Assembly (NCBI RefSeq): GCF_018350175.1
Contig: NC_058368.1
Span: forward strand, 142,664,001 to 142,728,000
Source of the DNA: Felis catus
Lineage: Eukaryota
DNA: 64,000 nucleotides
Reading direction: 5' to 3'
The translations under genes and the position numbers were made by a program. The notes below the pieces were generated by a model, which did no database searches, had not been told where the DNA came from, and worked only from the letters and a program-made list of their open reading frames with translations. This document shows, one piece after another, positions 27,809 through 41,607 of the stretch. How positions within the stretch are numbered: the stretch's first letter is position 1; every line of letters begins with the position of its first letter.

Positions 27809-28014
27809 TTAATGAGAGAGACACAGGTTGGTAAAGAATGTTTCTCAAATATGTTTCTATGTGTAATCACATAAAAAAGAATGTGTAATCAGTGTCTAAT
27901 ATTATAAAAATTAATTCTTCCCAAATTTTTGTGCATATGTAAATTCATAGTTCTCAGAATCTCAAAGAGGTCCATGAATCAAAAACCTGGATAAAAACCC
28001 ACTCCTCTGATTTA

Positions 28015-28238
28015 TTTTTTTAAAAAATTTTTTTTCAACGTTTATTTATTTTTGGGACAGAGAGAGACAGAGCATGAACAGGGGAGGGGCAGAGAGAGAG
28101 GGAGACACAGAATCGGAAACAGTCTCCAGGCTCTGAGCCATCAGCCCAGAGCCTGATGCGGGGCTCGAACTCACGGACTGCGAGATTGTGACCTGGCTGA
28201 AGTCGGACGCTTAACTGACTGCGCCACCCAGGCGCCCC
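28015..28238 (-). mobile_element. Young felid CAN-SINE
   Basis: Perfect TSD cactcctctgattta at 28000 and 28239, which duplicates the Charlie right end. Confidence 0.96.
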
Positions 28239-28719
28239 CACTCCTCTGATTTAGATATAACATAACACACACAGGAATCTCACAACAGTTCAGGAATTAT
28301 ATGGAAGAAAATCAAAGCACTACACTTAGAGAAAAATACATAGCACATTTCAGGCTGAAAAACAGCCTTCTGACCAAAACAGCAAACAAAAAACTGATTT
28401 CAACAAGAAAACACAAACTTCCGTAAATGTAAAAAGCCACAAACATTCCCAAGAGAGAAAATACAAATGGAATATAAAACATTTAAAAATTAATTTCTTT
28501 AATAATCAAAGAAATTCAAGTTAAAATGAGACAATTTGCCTACGATATTAACAGAGGTTTGTTTTTTTTTTAAGCTGTATAAGGAAAAGTTGTGAAAGTA
28601 CGTGAGAATTCTCATACACCAGTGGAATAAAAGTACTGTGGTACTTTGTTGGAAAGCAATGTTATAATGGCTATCAAATGTTTTCAAAATGGTCATTCTC
28701 TAAATACTGCAGGATATCT

Positions 28720-29330
28720 CTTACACCTGGAATCTAAAAAAAAGAGGGTGGCTGAACTCTTAGAATAGAATGGTGGTTGCCAGGGACTGGAGGGTAGGGG
28801 AAATAGGAAGATGTTGCTGAAAGGGTACAAACTCCAGCTATAACATGAATAAGTTCAGTGGATCTAATGTACAGCATGCTGACTATAGTCAACAATACTG
28901 TATTATAGGGCACCTAGGTGATTCAGTCTGTTAAGCGTCTGACTTCGGCCCAGGTCATGATCTCAGGTTCATGAGTTCAAGCCCTGCATCAGGCTCTCTG
29001 CTGCCAGTGCCGGGTCCTCTTTGGATCTTCTGTCCCCCTCTCTCTGTGCACCCCCCACCCCCGCTCGTGTTCTTTCTCTTTCAGAAATAACAAATAAACA
29101 TTTTTTTTTAAAATACTATTGTATACTTAAAATTTATTAAGAGAGTAGATCTTAAATGTTCTCACCACACACAAAAAAATAGTAATTATGGGAGGTGATG
29201 AATGTGTTAACTAACTTTATTGAGGTAATCACTTCCTAGTATATATGTATATCAAATGATCACGATGTGTACCTTAAATTCACACAATGCTTTATGTCAA
29301 TTATATCTCAATAAAGCTGGAAAAATGAAA
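28720..29330 (+). mobile_element. L1MA-like 3' end, interrupted by a SINE
   Basis: aaagggtacaaactccagctataacatgaataagttc…agagagtagatcttaaatgttctcaccac…tgtcaattatatctcaataaagctggaaaa. Confidence 0.88.
28907..29111 (+). mobile_element. CAN-SINE
   Basis: Head gggcacctaggtgattcag; tail aataacaaataaaca. Confidence 0.9.
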
Positions 29331-29533
29331 TTAAACTATCATTTTTCCTTACCTTATGAATTCACCAGTCCTAAGTGAGTCAGAGAAGAAAAAGGTGTCA
29401 GACACCATTCAACTGGACTATAGAACCCTAACCACCCAGCGCTCCTTGACTATACATCTCTGATTGCTACTTCTTGCCTTGCAGGTGAATGATGAAATAT
29501 ATAGACATTTTAACAAAATTAACCTCCAGATTT

Positions 29534-29754
29534 TTAAACAAAATTTTGTTTAACATTTATTTACTTTTGAGAGACAGAGAGAAACAGAACATGAGCGGGG
29601 GAGGGGAAAAGAGCGGGAAACACAGAATCTGAAGCAGGCTCCAGACTCTGATCCATCAGCACAAAGCCCGACGCAGGGCTCGAACTCAGGAACCATGAGA
29701 TCATGACCAGAGCCAAAGTCGGACGCTCAACCGACTGAGCCACCCAGGTGCCCC
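29534..29754 (-). mobile_element. CAN-SINE
   Basis: TSD aacctccagattt at 29521 and 29755. Confidence 0.94.
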
Positions 29755-30067
29755 AACCTCCAGATTTAACTCGATATCTATTTTCTTCACTATCCAAAAT
29801 CAGGCAAACTTTTTCAAGGTTTGTGTTCAATACAAGAAAAAAAATTTTAGTGTATGCAATGAAACTGAGTGACATTCAAAAATAAATAAAATAGCCATTC
29901 TCTAGTTTAAGAATTTAATTTCAAATAATTTCTATCTAGTGGGAAAAATCCAAAATATAGAGATTTTATGAATAAATTACTCTAGTGTTATTAATAAAAA
30001 AAAAATTAATCTATATTAAGGGAATGGTTAAGTTGACATATCAAGGTATGTGAAAGAATATGCATTC

Positions 30068-30276
30068 AGGGTCCCTGGGTGGCTCAGTCGGTTCAGCGTC
30101 TGACTCTTGATTTTGGCTCAGGTCATGATCTCACGGTTCATGAGACTGAGCCCCACATCAGGCTCTGTGCTGACAGCTTGGAACTGCTTAGGAGTCTCTC
30201 TCCCTCTCTCTTGGCCCCTGCCCTGCTTGTGCAAGTTCTCTCTTAAAATAAATAAATAAACTAAAAAAAAAAAAAA
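30068..30276 (+). mobile_element. CAN-SINE
   Basis: TSD aaagaatatgca on both sides. Confidence 0.92.
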
Positions 30277-30451
30277 AGAATATGCAGCCATTGAAATAAT
30301 GTTTGTAATGGGTTTTTTGGATGACATGATCAAAATTGATGATGCATGAAGTGAGGAAAAAAGGTAGTAAAAAATACTAAGAAACATTTTAAGGAAATAT
30401 GACACATATTTACAGTAGCTGTTTCCAGGTAAGATTTGGGTGATTATTTTT

Positions 30452-30688
30452 TTTTTAATTTTTTTTTTAATTTTTTTTTTCTTCAACGTTTTTATTTATT
30501 TTTGGGACAGAGAGAGACAGAGCATGAACGGGGGAGGGGCAGAGAGAGAGGGAGACACAGAATCGGAAACAGGCTCCAGGCTCCGAGCCATCAGCCCAGA
30601 GCCTGATGTGGGGCTCGAACTCCCGGACCGCGAGATCGTGACCTGGCTGAAGTTGGACGCTTAACCGACTGTGCCACCCAGGCGCCCC
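30452..30688 (-). mobile_element. Young felid CAN-SINE
   Basis: Perfect TSD tgggtgattattttt at 30437 and 30689. Confidence 0.96.
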
Positions 30689-30846
30689 TGGGTGATTATT
30701 TTTATCACAAATTACTTTTGTGATACTTTGCAAATTATCTACAATGAGTATATATTACTCACACTCGGGAAAATTAAATAAAAATAGAGTAACTGCAGAA
30801 CATGTGTACATAACAAGTTTAGATCATGGATAAGGGACAGAAATAT

Positions 30847-31057
30847 ATATATTTTTTAAATGTTTATTTTTGACAGAGACAGAGACAGAATGCAAGTGGG
30901 TTAGGGGCAGAGAGAGAGGGAGACACAGAAGCAGAAGCAGGCTCCAGGCTCTGAGCTGTCAGCACAGAGCCTGACGTGGGGCTCAAACTCACGAGCTGTG
31001 AGATCATGACCTGAGCTGAAGTCAGACGCTCAACTGAATGAGCCACCCAGGCGCCCC
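30847..31057 (-). mobile_element. CAN-SINE
   Basis: TSD aagggacagaaatat at 30832 and 31058. Confidence 0.94.
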
Positions 31058-31229
31058 AAGGGACAGAAATATTTTAAAGAAAAAGAAAAACATCACCTTA
31101 TATGAATGAGCAAATAATGAGTATAAACTTTCAAAACAACTAATGAAAGAAGAAGTTTTCTTGTTTACTTCTTGGCTTAGCTGTTAGATGACGTGGATAT
31201 GACTGAGTTCTGTTTAAATGGTAAATAAT

Positions 31230-31310
31230 AGGGGCCCCTGGGTGGCTCAGTTGGTTAAGCATCTGACTCTTGATTCCAGCTCAGGTCATGATCTGATGGT
31301 TTGAGAGTTG
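31230..31310 (+). mobile_element. 3'-truncated CAN-SINE head abutting an old antisense L1 end
   Basis: ggggcccctgggtggctcag…ggtttgagagtt followed by an abrupt switch. Confidence 0.8.
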
Positions 31311-31959
31311 CAAAAATAAGAAACGGTAAAAGAACACCCATGCCCTTTACCCAGATTATCCTATTTTTCATATTTTACTAGATATGTACACTTTATCTCT
31401 CTGTGTATCTTGAAATATGTATTGAAATACACACAATTTTTTCTAAACCATTTGAGGGTAGGTTAACGTGTCATCATGACCTTTTATTCTTACTTCATTG
31501 TATATTTCCTAAGAATAGAAACCCTACTATTTTTGAGATGGGGCCTCTGAAGTGGGATGAAGAAGGAGAGTATGAGGAGGTTGTCTCCTTCTGGTCACTA
31601 GGGACCAATCATCCACGTTTTCTCCTTCTGTAACACCAACAGAGGTTGCAAACTACTGCACTAGACAAATGCCATTCCATCAGTAACAACAATACCCCCA
31701 ATATATACATACACATAATTATAATTTAGATATATGTGCTCATCTATTATGTACCTTATAAGGCCTATTCTTAAACAAGGATAAGATAAAATTAAATACA
31801 AATACAAGTTGATAGTTTTCTTTCAGCACCCTCGAAGGTGTATACCGTGTCCTCACCTTGGACGCCATTTTTCTACACTGTGGCGGTAAACAGGAGAAGG
31901 ACTGTCATCACTTCCAAAGCGGAGTCCCGGTTCTGCTCCCCAGATTGTACCCCCCTTAC

Positions 31960-32200
31960 ATTCTGCCAGTTCTCTCTATCACAATGCACTGTTTTATTAC
32001 CTTCATAGTGTTTATTGCTGCTGGAAGTCACTTTGCTTACTTATGTGTTTACTTGTTTATTTCCTGCTCCCCCACCCCGCCCTTCCCCACTAGAATATAA
32101 GCTCCATGAGAGCCAAGATCTTGCCTCTTGTTCATTCCTAATTCCTTCACCCCTAAAACAGGGCTTGGCTCATAATGGGTGCTCATTAGATACTTATGCA
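31960..32200 (+). mobile_element. L2 3' fragment
   Basis: ccccactagaatataagctccatgagagccaagatcttgcctcttgttc…gggtgctcattagatactt. Confidence 0.8.
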
Positions 32201-32559
32201 CAGATGCTCCCTGGCTCACATTCCAGCTCTACCCGCTGCTTGGTTCTCTACTCTCCCAGCAAACAACAGGGTAGGTCCCCTGAGGGAGCAAACAATACCC
32301 TATCCTACATCTTAGAGAAGCTTCTCTGATCAAAACACCCCTGTACAAGGTGTGCAGCTGAGGACAATCTTCCTCTTTATGTAACACACAGGGCCACAGT
32401 CTCAAATCCAGAACGTAAAAGATATATATAATTAAAATACTCCTAAAGACATTTCTACTTCTTTGTAATCATTTATTTGTAAGCCGAACTATCATTTTTC
32501 ACACAAAAGCTATCGTTCTCACTCAATCCTGTCAGGCTGTTCTTGCCGTTTCTGCCCTA

Positions 32560-33514
<955 letters not shown>

Positions 33515-33868
33515 AAGAACAGAAGACTTCTATGTTGCTTTTAAATGGTGCTTAAGAACTAAAAAGATACCTCCTCCTTACCTCTTCCAGTACCAAGAGG
33601 TACTCAACACTCCTTTTTCCACTCAACACTCCCTCCATACACAGACATAACCAGAGGGCATTGTGGCACAACTCTGACATGAGACCTTCAAATCCCCTTG
33701 GATAAGGTCACTGAAAAACAAGGAAGCCCCCTGAAGATATCTGCTCGGGATTGAGCCCTGTACTAATAATCAATGATGAGGTTGCAGTTGCATGCAGGCA
33801 ATTTTGTGTCACATAGGAGAATGAATCCAGGTAAGCTGAGCTCCCCCCGGTACATGGAAAGAAACCTT

Positions 33869-34047
33869 AGGGCACCTGTGTGGCTCAGTTGATTTAGTGT
33901 CTGACTCGATTTCAGCTCAGGTCATGACCCTAGGGTTGTGGGACTGAGTCCCTCATTGGGCTCCTTGCTGAGTGTGAAGCCTTCTTAAGATTCTTTCTCC
34001 TTCTGCCCACCTCCCCCCCCCCCTAAAATAAAATAAAATTTAAAAAA
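33869..34047 (+). mobile_element. Older CAN-SINE
   Basis: Diverged head agggcacctgtgtggctcag; flanking aaagaaac repeat. Confidence 0.85.
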
Positions 34048-34819
34048 GAAACTTCTGAGTGAAATTTCACTTAGTCCTACCGAGTGGGGACAGAAGACCT
34101 TTTCATTTTACTCACCTGGAAAAACTTTCTAACATTTACACTGGTAAATGAATTAAACGTCTACTCCCTAGTGATATGAACTCTTTTTTAAGTGTGAAAG
34201 TTGAAAATTTCTCCAGTGGGCTCAACGTCTCTGTAAACAGAGCAGTTGGGTGGAAAAAATAATTGCAAGTAAAGTTCCTCCTTTCTTGACAGGATGGCAA
34301 GACAAAGCTTCGTCATGCACTGTGTCCAGGGAAGAGGGGTATTCTTCCAAAACAACCGAAGTTGAAGCCAGAGGAGAAGTTATGAGAGTGACTGAAATTA
34401 AGTATCTTACCAGCTGGTTGCAGCTCAGTTAGAAATTAAGTTGGACCGTAGGGAAAAAGAGAGATATTGCTTTTACAGTGAGGTTGGAGAATCATCAGTA
34501 CCTCCAAAAGTATGCATACGTTTAGGTGACTCTAGAGACACATTTGAAATAACCCTTATTTGCATACATATTACACTTCGATTAAATCTTTTTTTAGAAA
34601 ACCACTGTTATCCAAAGGAGCCACATGAGGGCAGTATGACAGACCCACTCTGTGATGTAAAAATCTAACGCAGAAATCAAGATGAAAGCCACAGGAAACA
34701 CACGGAAGGAAAAAGAACTAACATTTGTTAAGCACCTACTATGCAACAGGCACCATTTTAATTTTACATCATCTCTCAAAGAATCTAAAGTCTGATCGGC
34801 CTGAAATCGAAGCCTCATG

Positions 34820-34995
34820 CTAACCACTCAGTAGCTGTGTGACTCAGGGCAATACCTAACTCGGTTTCTTTATATGTAATGTGGAACTAATGATTCCTAC
34901 CTCAGGTACTATGATGAAAATTAAATGACACCACTTATGATCACTGCTTGGCTGAGTACCTGGCACAACCTAAGTGTTCAATAAATGGTAGCTAG
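34820..34995 (+). mobile_element. MIR
   Basis: agctgtgtgactcagggcaa…tcggtttctttatatgtaat…cctggcacaacctaagtgttcaataaatggtagcta. Confidence 0.8.
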
Positions 34996-36534
34996 TATAA
35001 TTTATAACAACTCAGTCTAGTATTATCCATTTTGTTGTTAAAAAAAAAAAAGGAATTTGGCAAGTCCAAATAGCTAAAAAGTGGCAAAGCTAGGCTTCAA
35101 ACAAGGTCTGCATGACTCCCCAGGTGCCTTCTGCCCTCAGAATGCCATGTTCCTGACGCCCCTGGGCTAGAGTGAGTTTTATGCCTACGGGCCACATAAA
35201 GCTTCACTTCCCTAGGAGAACCACAAGCAGAGTAAATCTCAGCAAAGTGTATACTCTTCCTCTTGATATAGCAGAAGGTGATGGTATCTCAAGGCGGTTA
35301 TAGTTCCCTTTAGAGGAACCTTTGTTGCTGGTAAGAAATTCAAGGTTCTGCCTCTAAGGATGCTTCTGCTCATCCTTAACACACTAGGTCCCCGGATCTT
35401 CTGTGTGCTTTGCGAAGGGAGGGAGAAGGGTCTGGAGCTAGACTACATGAAGATAACAATTCTGCAGCACATGGGTGGGTGACAATTAGTCTTATCGTTT
35501 GCTATCACAGACTTAAAAGAACCTTTCCTAAAACCTTACATCTCTTCTTGACAAAAAGTCAAGGCCCAAACAGTCACCCAAGCCAGTTTATTCAATACGC
35601 TTTCTATTTCCCGTGAGCAAACCTGTATATTCCCAGCAAGAAGTCGCCATCTTTTGACAGAGGGAATTCCTCTGTATTGCTTATACCTCACAGAGTATGT
35701 CACCCAAAACCAACGTTTCAAAACTTAAAAGGAGGCACTGTTCGTGTTATACAAAAATACACTGGAAAGAAACGTTTACACTCTGTGCCCTGAGGTCAAG
35801 AATGGCTGAGCTGGCACTATTATTTCCCTCTGTTGTCTAGACTGCCATAAACGATACTGGCTCAGGGCTTGTAGCAGATGCCTGTTGTCTGTATTTTAAA
35901 TAGATTCACTCCTTTGAGAGATCATATAATCTCTTCCAGTTCCACACACTTGTCAGTGCTCAATACAAAAATACTGGATGATGATGGTGGAGGAAATGCA
36001 CGTGGAGATGAGGAGGAGGGGGGCTGTCGCTGTGATCCGACTGACGCTAGGAGCAGGTCTGACTCCAAAAGGAAAATACTCTGTGCTGTAAAAGAGAATT
36101 TGGCCACTGTGGCTACTGTGGGAGCTGGAAGGGGTTTCTACATCTTAGCAGGGGAGGGTGCTGAGGCAGTGAGCAGGACTGTTTTTGCCACTGCTCACTG
36201 GGCCGTTCTTCCCATCGGCAACGGTAAGGGATTCTATCATCTGTTATCAGTCATGTTTTCAAGAGCACTCTAGAGAGAAAGCACTGTCAACTGGCACACT
36301 GCAATGTCTCTCGGACTCCCCTATCACCAAGCCAACAGCACAAGTGGCAGCATAAAGAGGGCGATTTGGCTTTGCCAGGGGTCTGCATCTCTGCAGGTGA
36401 CACCTGCCTGAAGGCTGCCGCTTATCAGCTAAGGGGTAGAATCCACAGTTGGGCTCTTCAGAAATAGCGTTGTGCATCAGTTCTAGCACAGTCTCCTGGG
36501 TATTTCAAGAAGTTGGACATAAAACCTGATCACA

Positions 36535-36745
36535 GGGGCGCCTGGATGGCTCAGTCAGTTACGCATTCGATTCTTGGTATCAGCTCAGGCCATGATCTAG
36601 TGGTGATGAGATCAAGCCCCTCGTCAGGCTCCACACTGAGGGTGGACACTGCTTGGGATTCTCTCTCTCCCTCTCTCTCTGTCCCTCCCCTGCTCACATG
36701 TGCTCTCTCTCTCAAAATGAATGAATAAACTTAAAAAAAAAAAAC
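36535..36745 (+). mobile_element. CAN-SINE
   Basis: TSD ctgatcaca on both sides. Confidence 0.92.
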
Positions 36746-36782
36746 AAACTGATCACAGTTGCAGCAAGAATACAATAAGCTC

Positions 36783-36922
36783 GGAGGTGGGGGACAGGGA
36801 AAGTGGGTGATGGGCACTGAGGAGGGCACTTGTTGGGATGAGCACTGGGTGTTGTATGGAAACCAGTTTGACAATAAATTATATTTAAAAAAAAATAAAT
36901 GGAAAATGAGCCTTAAAAAGAA
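36783..36922 (+). mobile_element. Very short 5'-truncated felid L1 3' end
   Basis: tgggatgagcactgggtgttgtatggaaaccagtttgacaataaa; TSD aagaata(ca/tg)ataagctc at 36766 and 36923. Confidence 0.9.
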
Positions 36923-37019
36923 AAGAATATGATAAGCTCATTTGAAATAAGGTTTCCAATATTGCTCACTTAAATCTGACAAATTAAAACTGAAAAAGAC
37001 AATGGAACCATCACCATTT

Positions 37020-37238
37020 ATTTTCTTTTTCCTTTCTTTTTATTTTTGAAAGAGAGAGAGAGAGAGAGAGGGAGTGAGCAGGGGAGGGCAGAGAGAGAGG
37101 GAGACACAGAATCCAAAGCAGGTTCCAGGCTCTAAGCTGTCAGCACAGAGCCCAATGTGGGGCTCGAACCCATAAGCCATGAGATCATGACCTGAGTCGA
37201 AATGGGATGTTTAACCAACTGAGCCACCCAGGTGCCCC
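37020..37238 (-). mobile_element. CAN-SINE
   Basis: TSD accatcaccattt at 37007 and 37239. Confidence 0.94.
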
Positions 37239-38204
37239 ACCATCACCATTTCAAACATGGTTCTTTTCACTTTCTGTCCTAATTTTCTTTTGGGCAGAAG
37301 TTACCTTTTGTTCTTGCTAAGAATTTTCAAGAGAAAATTTTGTTTCATTTCCTGACTTACAAAAAATCTTCCAAATCAATATAAGATGATTCCAACTAGT
37401 AAAGGAAGCTCTGAAATTTTTTTTTCAGGGAAATAGTTTTTCCGCAATGTTTTTGGCAGAGGGAAAACCTAATTATAAACACTTTGCTGTCTAGAAAAGA
37501 AATGTCAGAAATAAATGTCGTCATATACAGATGGTAAATTTCACTTTATTATTCCTTACTGAACAAAAATAACTGTCAAAAGGTCATGGAAAAACATCGG
37601 TTAGCCAAAGATCTGAGCCAAAGCATTAAGTATATGACCATGAAGCCTCATCCTTACCCAGCTGATAAAAGTTAAGATGGAACCATGACAACAACATTAC
37701 TTTTTAGGACGACTCCCAAACAGCATAATGCTGTGGCTTGGCTGTGGAAGGCTGCCCTGAATATCAGTATATTTCCATCTCACTGCCCCGCAACCTGGAC
37801 TTACCCAAGACATCCTCCTCACTCTGACCCAGGGATCCTAAAAGAAAAAGCAAGAAAAGCTCCAACAGCCTCAAAGGGCCTGGACTTTCCTCTGAACAGG
37901 GCCAGTAACATAACTGTGACAAATGAGTAGACAACATGACTTCAAATACCAAGAAGTACCAAGATACCTCCTTTTCTGAAAAAGAGGACTGCTTGCTGAT
38001 GGTTGATTTTTTTAGCCCATTTTTTTTTCAAAACTTTTTAACTAAAATGCAAATTGGAGGGTTAATATATGTCTTTGAATTCATCTAGAGGATCAAGGAA
38101 ACTCAATTTTCTCCTATGAAAAGATCTTGGAGAAAATACCTATCTGACACTGAATTTACAATTTAATGTTCTTCTCTGTTCCTCTTGTTCTACATTCAAT
38201 TTCT

Positions 38205-38408
38205 TTTTTTTTCTTCATGTTTTTTGTTTTCCAGAAAGAGCGTAAGTGGAGGAGGGGCAGAGAGAGAGGGGGACAGAGGATTTGAAGCAGGCTCTGTGCT
38301 AACAGGCAGAGAGCAGCAAGCCCCATGTGGGGCTCAAACTCACCAACCACGAGACCATAACCTGAGCATAAGTTGGACACTCGACCAACTGAACCACCCA
38401 GGCAGCCC
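38205..38408 (-). mobile_element. CAN-SINE
   Basis: Flanking tacat(t)caatttct repeat. Confidence 0.9.
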
Positions 38409-38745
38409 TGTACATCAATTTCTGACTGAATGTGCATTCCCTTCTGCCAAGTCTATCTTTCAAATAGATTTCAAATCCATTCACCCCCATCTATCCCAGA
38501 GCCTCGGGTCTGGCACTCCTCCCACCTGGAATGGGGGTGACTTACAGATTGTTTCACTTTGTTGTCAGAGGTATCACTGTGAAACCCCAAACCAATCAAG
38601 CCATGTTCATGTTTAAAGACCTCTAATTGGTTTCTAATCAGGAAAAAGTTCAAACTTCAGCCCACATATAGAATCCTTTACATCTGGCCCCAATCTACTT
38701 ATTGGGCATCAACTCCTGCCCTTCCCAAAGAAAGTGCCCTGTGCT

Positions 38746-38849
38746 GGGGCACGTGGCTGGCTCAGTCAGTGGAGCATGCGGTTCTTGATCTCCAGGCTAT
38801 AGGTTCAAGTCCCACACTGGGTACAGAAATTATTTAAAAATAAAGTCTT
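38746..38849 (+). mobile_element. Short old tRNA-like SINEC (no CT region)
   Basis: ggggcacgtggctggctcagtcagtggagcatgc…ggttcaagtcccacactgg; outer TSD aaagtgccctgtgct also brackets the next SINE. Confidence 0.85.
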
Positions 38850-39070
38850 AGGGAGCCTTGGTGGCTCAGTCAGTTAAGCGTCCGATTCTTGGCTTTGGCT
38901 CAGGTCATGATCTCATGGTTCATGGATTCAAGCCCCACGATGGGCTCTGCAGTTACAGTACAGAGCCTGCTTGGGATTCTCTTTCTCTCCTTCTCTCTCT
39001 GCCCCTCCCCTGCTCACTCACACACACACTCTCTCGCAAAATAAATAAATAAACTTTAAAAAAAAATAAT
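38850..39070 (+). mobile_element. CAN-SINE inserted into the tail of the preceding SINE
   Basis: Full body; aa(g/a)tctta duplicated at both ends. Confidence 0.9.
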
Positions 39071-39149
39071 AAAATCTTACAAAAAAGAAAAAGTGCCCTG
39101 TGCTTCATTCACAGAGAACTAACTTTGCCCTGTTGTTAGGGTATGTCAT

Positions 39150-39560
39150 GCCCTTTCGTGCTCATTTTGCCTTTGTACCTGTTGGTTCCTCTCCCTAAAA
39201 TGCTCTCCCTCTTCTTTCCTGCCTGACTTAAATTTTAACTCTCAGGATAAATGTCACATCGTCTGTTAACTTTTCATATACTGCTCCCCACCTCCCCCTT
39301 GCCTAGACAGTGTCTCTGTACATCTGCACTTTATATACACCTTTCCTATCACACTTATCTCTATATCTTGTTAATTAGTTGTTCGCTATATATTGTTAAT
39401 TAGTTGTTCATGGGTTCATCTTCCAGAACTCTGCCTCCCAAGGACAAGGACAATGTCTCATTCATCTTTGCATTCCCAGGACCTAGCATAGGACCCACTG
39501 AAGAGAAGGGCTCAAGAATGGGGGTGGGGTGCAGAGTAAGGAACAAATAAACAAATGGAG
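39150..39560 (+). mobile_element. L2 fragment
   Basis: tttgtacctgttggttcctctccctaaaatgctctccc…tgtctcattcatctttgcattcccaggacctagcata. Confidence 0.75.
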
Positions 39561-40320
39561 AAAGGGCCACTAAATATTGAGACTGAAGGCACTAAAAGTT
39601 TACTTTGCTTATTGGATAGTGTTTTCTGAGCCGTCATCTAGCCATTCCAGGATCTTGACTTTCAAGAAACCATTGTGCACAAAGATGCTGCTTATTTAAT
39701 AGGATATTTGGGGGGTGGGGGGTGCCTCCTGGTCCCCGTGAGAATTTAAGCAAATCAAACTCACAATACTGGAATTGTTTGTCCGATGTGGCCCCTGATC
39801 AGCCACACTGAAGTCAAAGGGGATTGTCTGAAAGCATTTGAGGGAGCGCGGTCCTGGCCAGGAAGAGAGTCCCCGCTTACCCCCTTAACAAATCTTTTGG
39901 GAGTGCTCACCATGTACCAAGGACCATTCCAGCTTTGGGGAAATGGGAGCCAGGAAGACAGACAAGGCTTGCTATCTCATGGAGTGAGTAGAAAAAGAGA
40001 TGTGATCTCTTCGTTCATGGGCCTCTCAGAGGAGCTGAAACCCGAATGACAGGACAGGGTTGAGCAGCATCAGAGAGGGGGAGCCCAGCAACTGAGAAAA
40101 GGAGGCTCCAGGGCCTTACTCAGTTACACATTGGATCGTAGTGTGCTCTGCATCAAGGCTTCTCCTTAATTACAGATTAAGTTAGCTATACTCTTAAGAA
40201 CACTCTGTTGCCAGAACGTAAGGAAAACTTGAGCTGAATGATGACTAGATATAAACAAAAACGTGTCTAGCTGGCTTCCGACTGTCAGCGTTTTTCTCTA
40301 TCATCCCCACTGCCACATTT

Positions 40321-40534
40321 TTTTTTTTCAACGTTTATTTATTTTTGGGACAGAGAGAGACAGAGCATGAACGGGGGAGGGGCAGAGAGAGAGGGAGACA
40401 CAGAATCGGAAACAGGCTCCAGGCTCTGAGCCATCATCAGCCCAGAGCCCGACGCGGGGCTCGAACTCCCAGACCGCGAGATCGTGACCTGGCTGAAGTC
40501 GGACGCTTAACCGACTGCGCCACCCAGGCGCCCC
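40321..40534 (-). mobile_element. Young felid CAN-SINE
   Basis: TSD cactgccacattt at 40308 and 40537; CpGs intact. Confidence 0.96.
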
Positions 40535-41541
40535 GTCACTGCCACATTTCTAAGTTCATTGAAATGGATTCAAAGAATTGGAGTTAAGTGCTGTAAGTCT
40601 GGAGAGATCGCTCACCGTCTAATTTCCTCATTCGTAAAGAGAGGATAACAGTAATGACTATCTTAATATAGAGCTTGGCACAAAAGTAGTGCTCAATAAA
40701 TATTAACCATCTTCACTGATGGTAATCACAACCAGCAGCAGCATCAACTAGCAGAAAAGCCTCCTATCTAGGTATTTATTACACTTATACTAGATTTAGG
40801 TATTACAAGCGCACTCTAAAACCCCATGCTTTCATTAACAAGAAAAGATTTTATGCACAGAGCCCTTCTCAATTACATTCTCTTCTCTGTAGGTAATTTC
40901 TTGAGAGTCATAAAAACACAATGCATTTGAGGGATTTTTCTGTTATTTTGGGGACAGAGCCAGCTGACACCTTCCTGTTTCTAGGAGTCTAAATAAAGCA
41001 TATCAATTATCAAGGAAACAGGAACAATGGCCATAGCCTGTGATTCAAATAAAATGTCAGAAACTGAAGCTTTATTCAGTCATTCACTTGAATATTTGTA
41101 GGGGTTTCAAATGGTTTGCAGCACTCAGCGCAGATCAATGCTGTGAGCTCAGTCCCAGCCAGACACAGTCTGACTTACATCTGGATGAAAGGACCAGCAA
41201 CGGGAGCGCTCCTGCTGTACTAGCATTGGGAAGATGCTGCTGGAATGGGCCTGGCAACCAGACCGCAAATAACTGATGCAGCCTCCAAAAGGGCTGAAGA
41301 TAAAGGGATAGAGATGCAGGGAAAGGCAAAATCAGGAATAAATGAGGATTAAAAGAAAGATGATCCAGGGTGATAGTAAAAGATTTCTTCCTTTCCATGG
41401 GGCTAATGTTATTGCTTATAATGATGAGACGCCAATGGGATTTTATCTCTCCTTTAAAATTTAAGGATGAGAAGACTCAAAAGTCTGTTGAAAGAGTTGA
41501 AACATTTGGTCTCTAAAAGTTATAATGGCGGGCGGGGGGTG

Positions 41542-41607
41542 GGGGCACCTGGCTGGATCAGTCGGTGGAGCATGCAACTCTTGATCTCGGGGTTGTGAGT
41601 TCGAGCC
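41542..41607 (+). mobile_element. Truncated short SINEC head
   Basis: gggggcacctggctggatcagtcggtggagcatgcaactcttgatctcggggttgtgagttcgagcc. Confidence 0.8.

Larger units (their letters stand above)
25760..28009 (+). mobile_element. Near-full-length fossil hAT-Charlie DNA transposon (ends resemble MER103; possibly Charlie24-like)
   Basis: Left TIR CAGAGGTTCTTAATC; degenerate right end GGATAAAAACC..CTCTG; 8-bp flanks ttttaaat/atttagat; decayed transposase inside. Confidence 0.85.
25300..28700 (+). mobile_element. Degraded L1ME-like ORF2 3' region, split by the Charlie element
   Basis: L1 ORF2-like sequence before 25760 continues after 28253. Confidence 0.55.

Noticed and set aside
35878..36273. 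131-aa plus-strand ORF
   Set aside because: Low-complexity acidic/glycine patch with no recognisable domain or splice structure; length is within chance expectation.
38746..38849. tRNA gene (also 41542-41607)
   Set aside because: tRNA-derived SINE head, with an A-tail and TSD in the first case; no intact cloverleaf evident.
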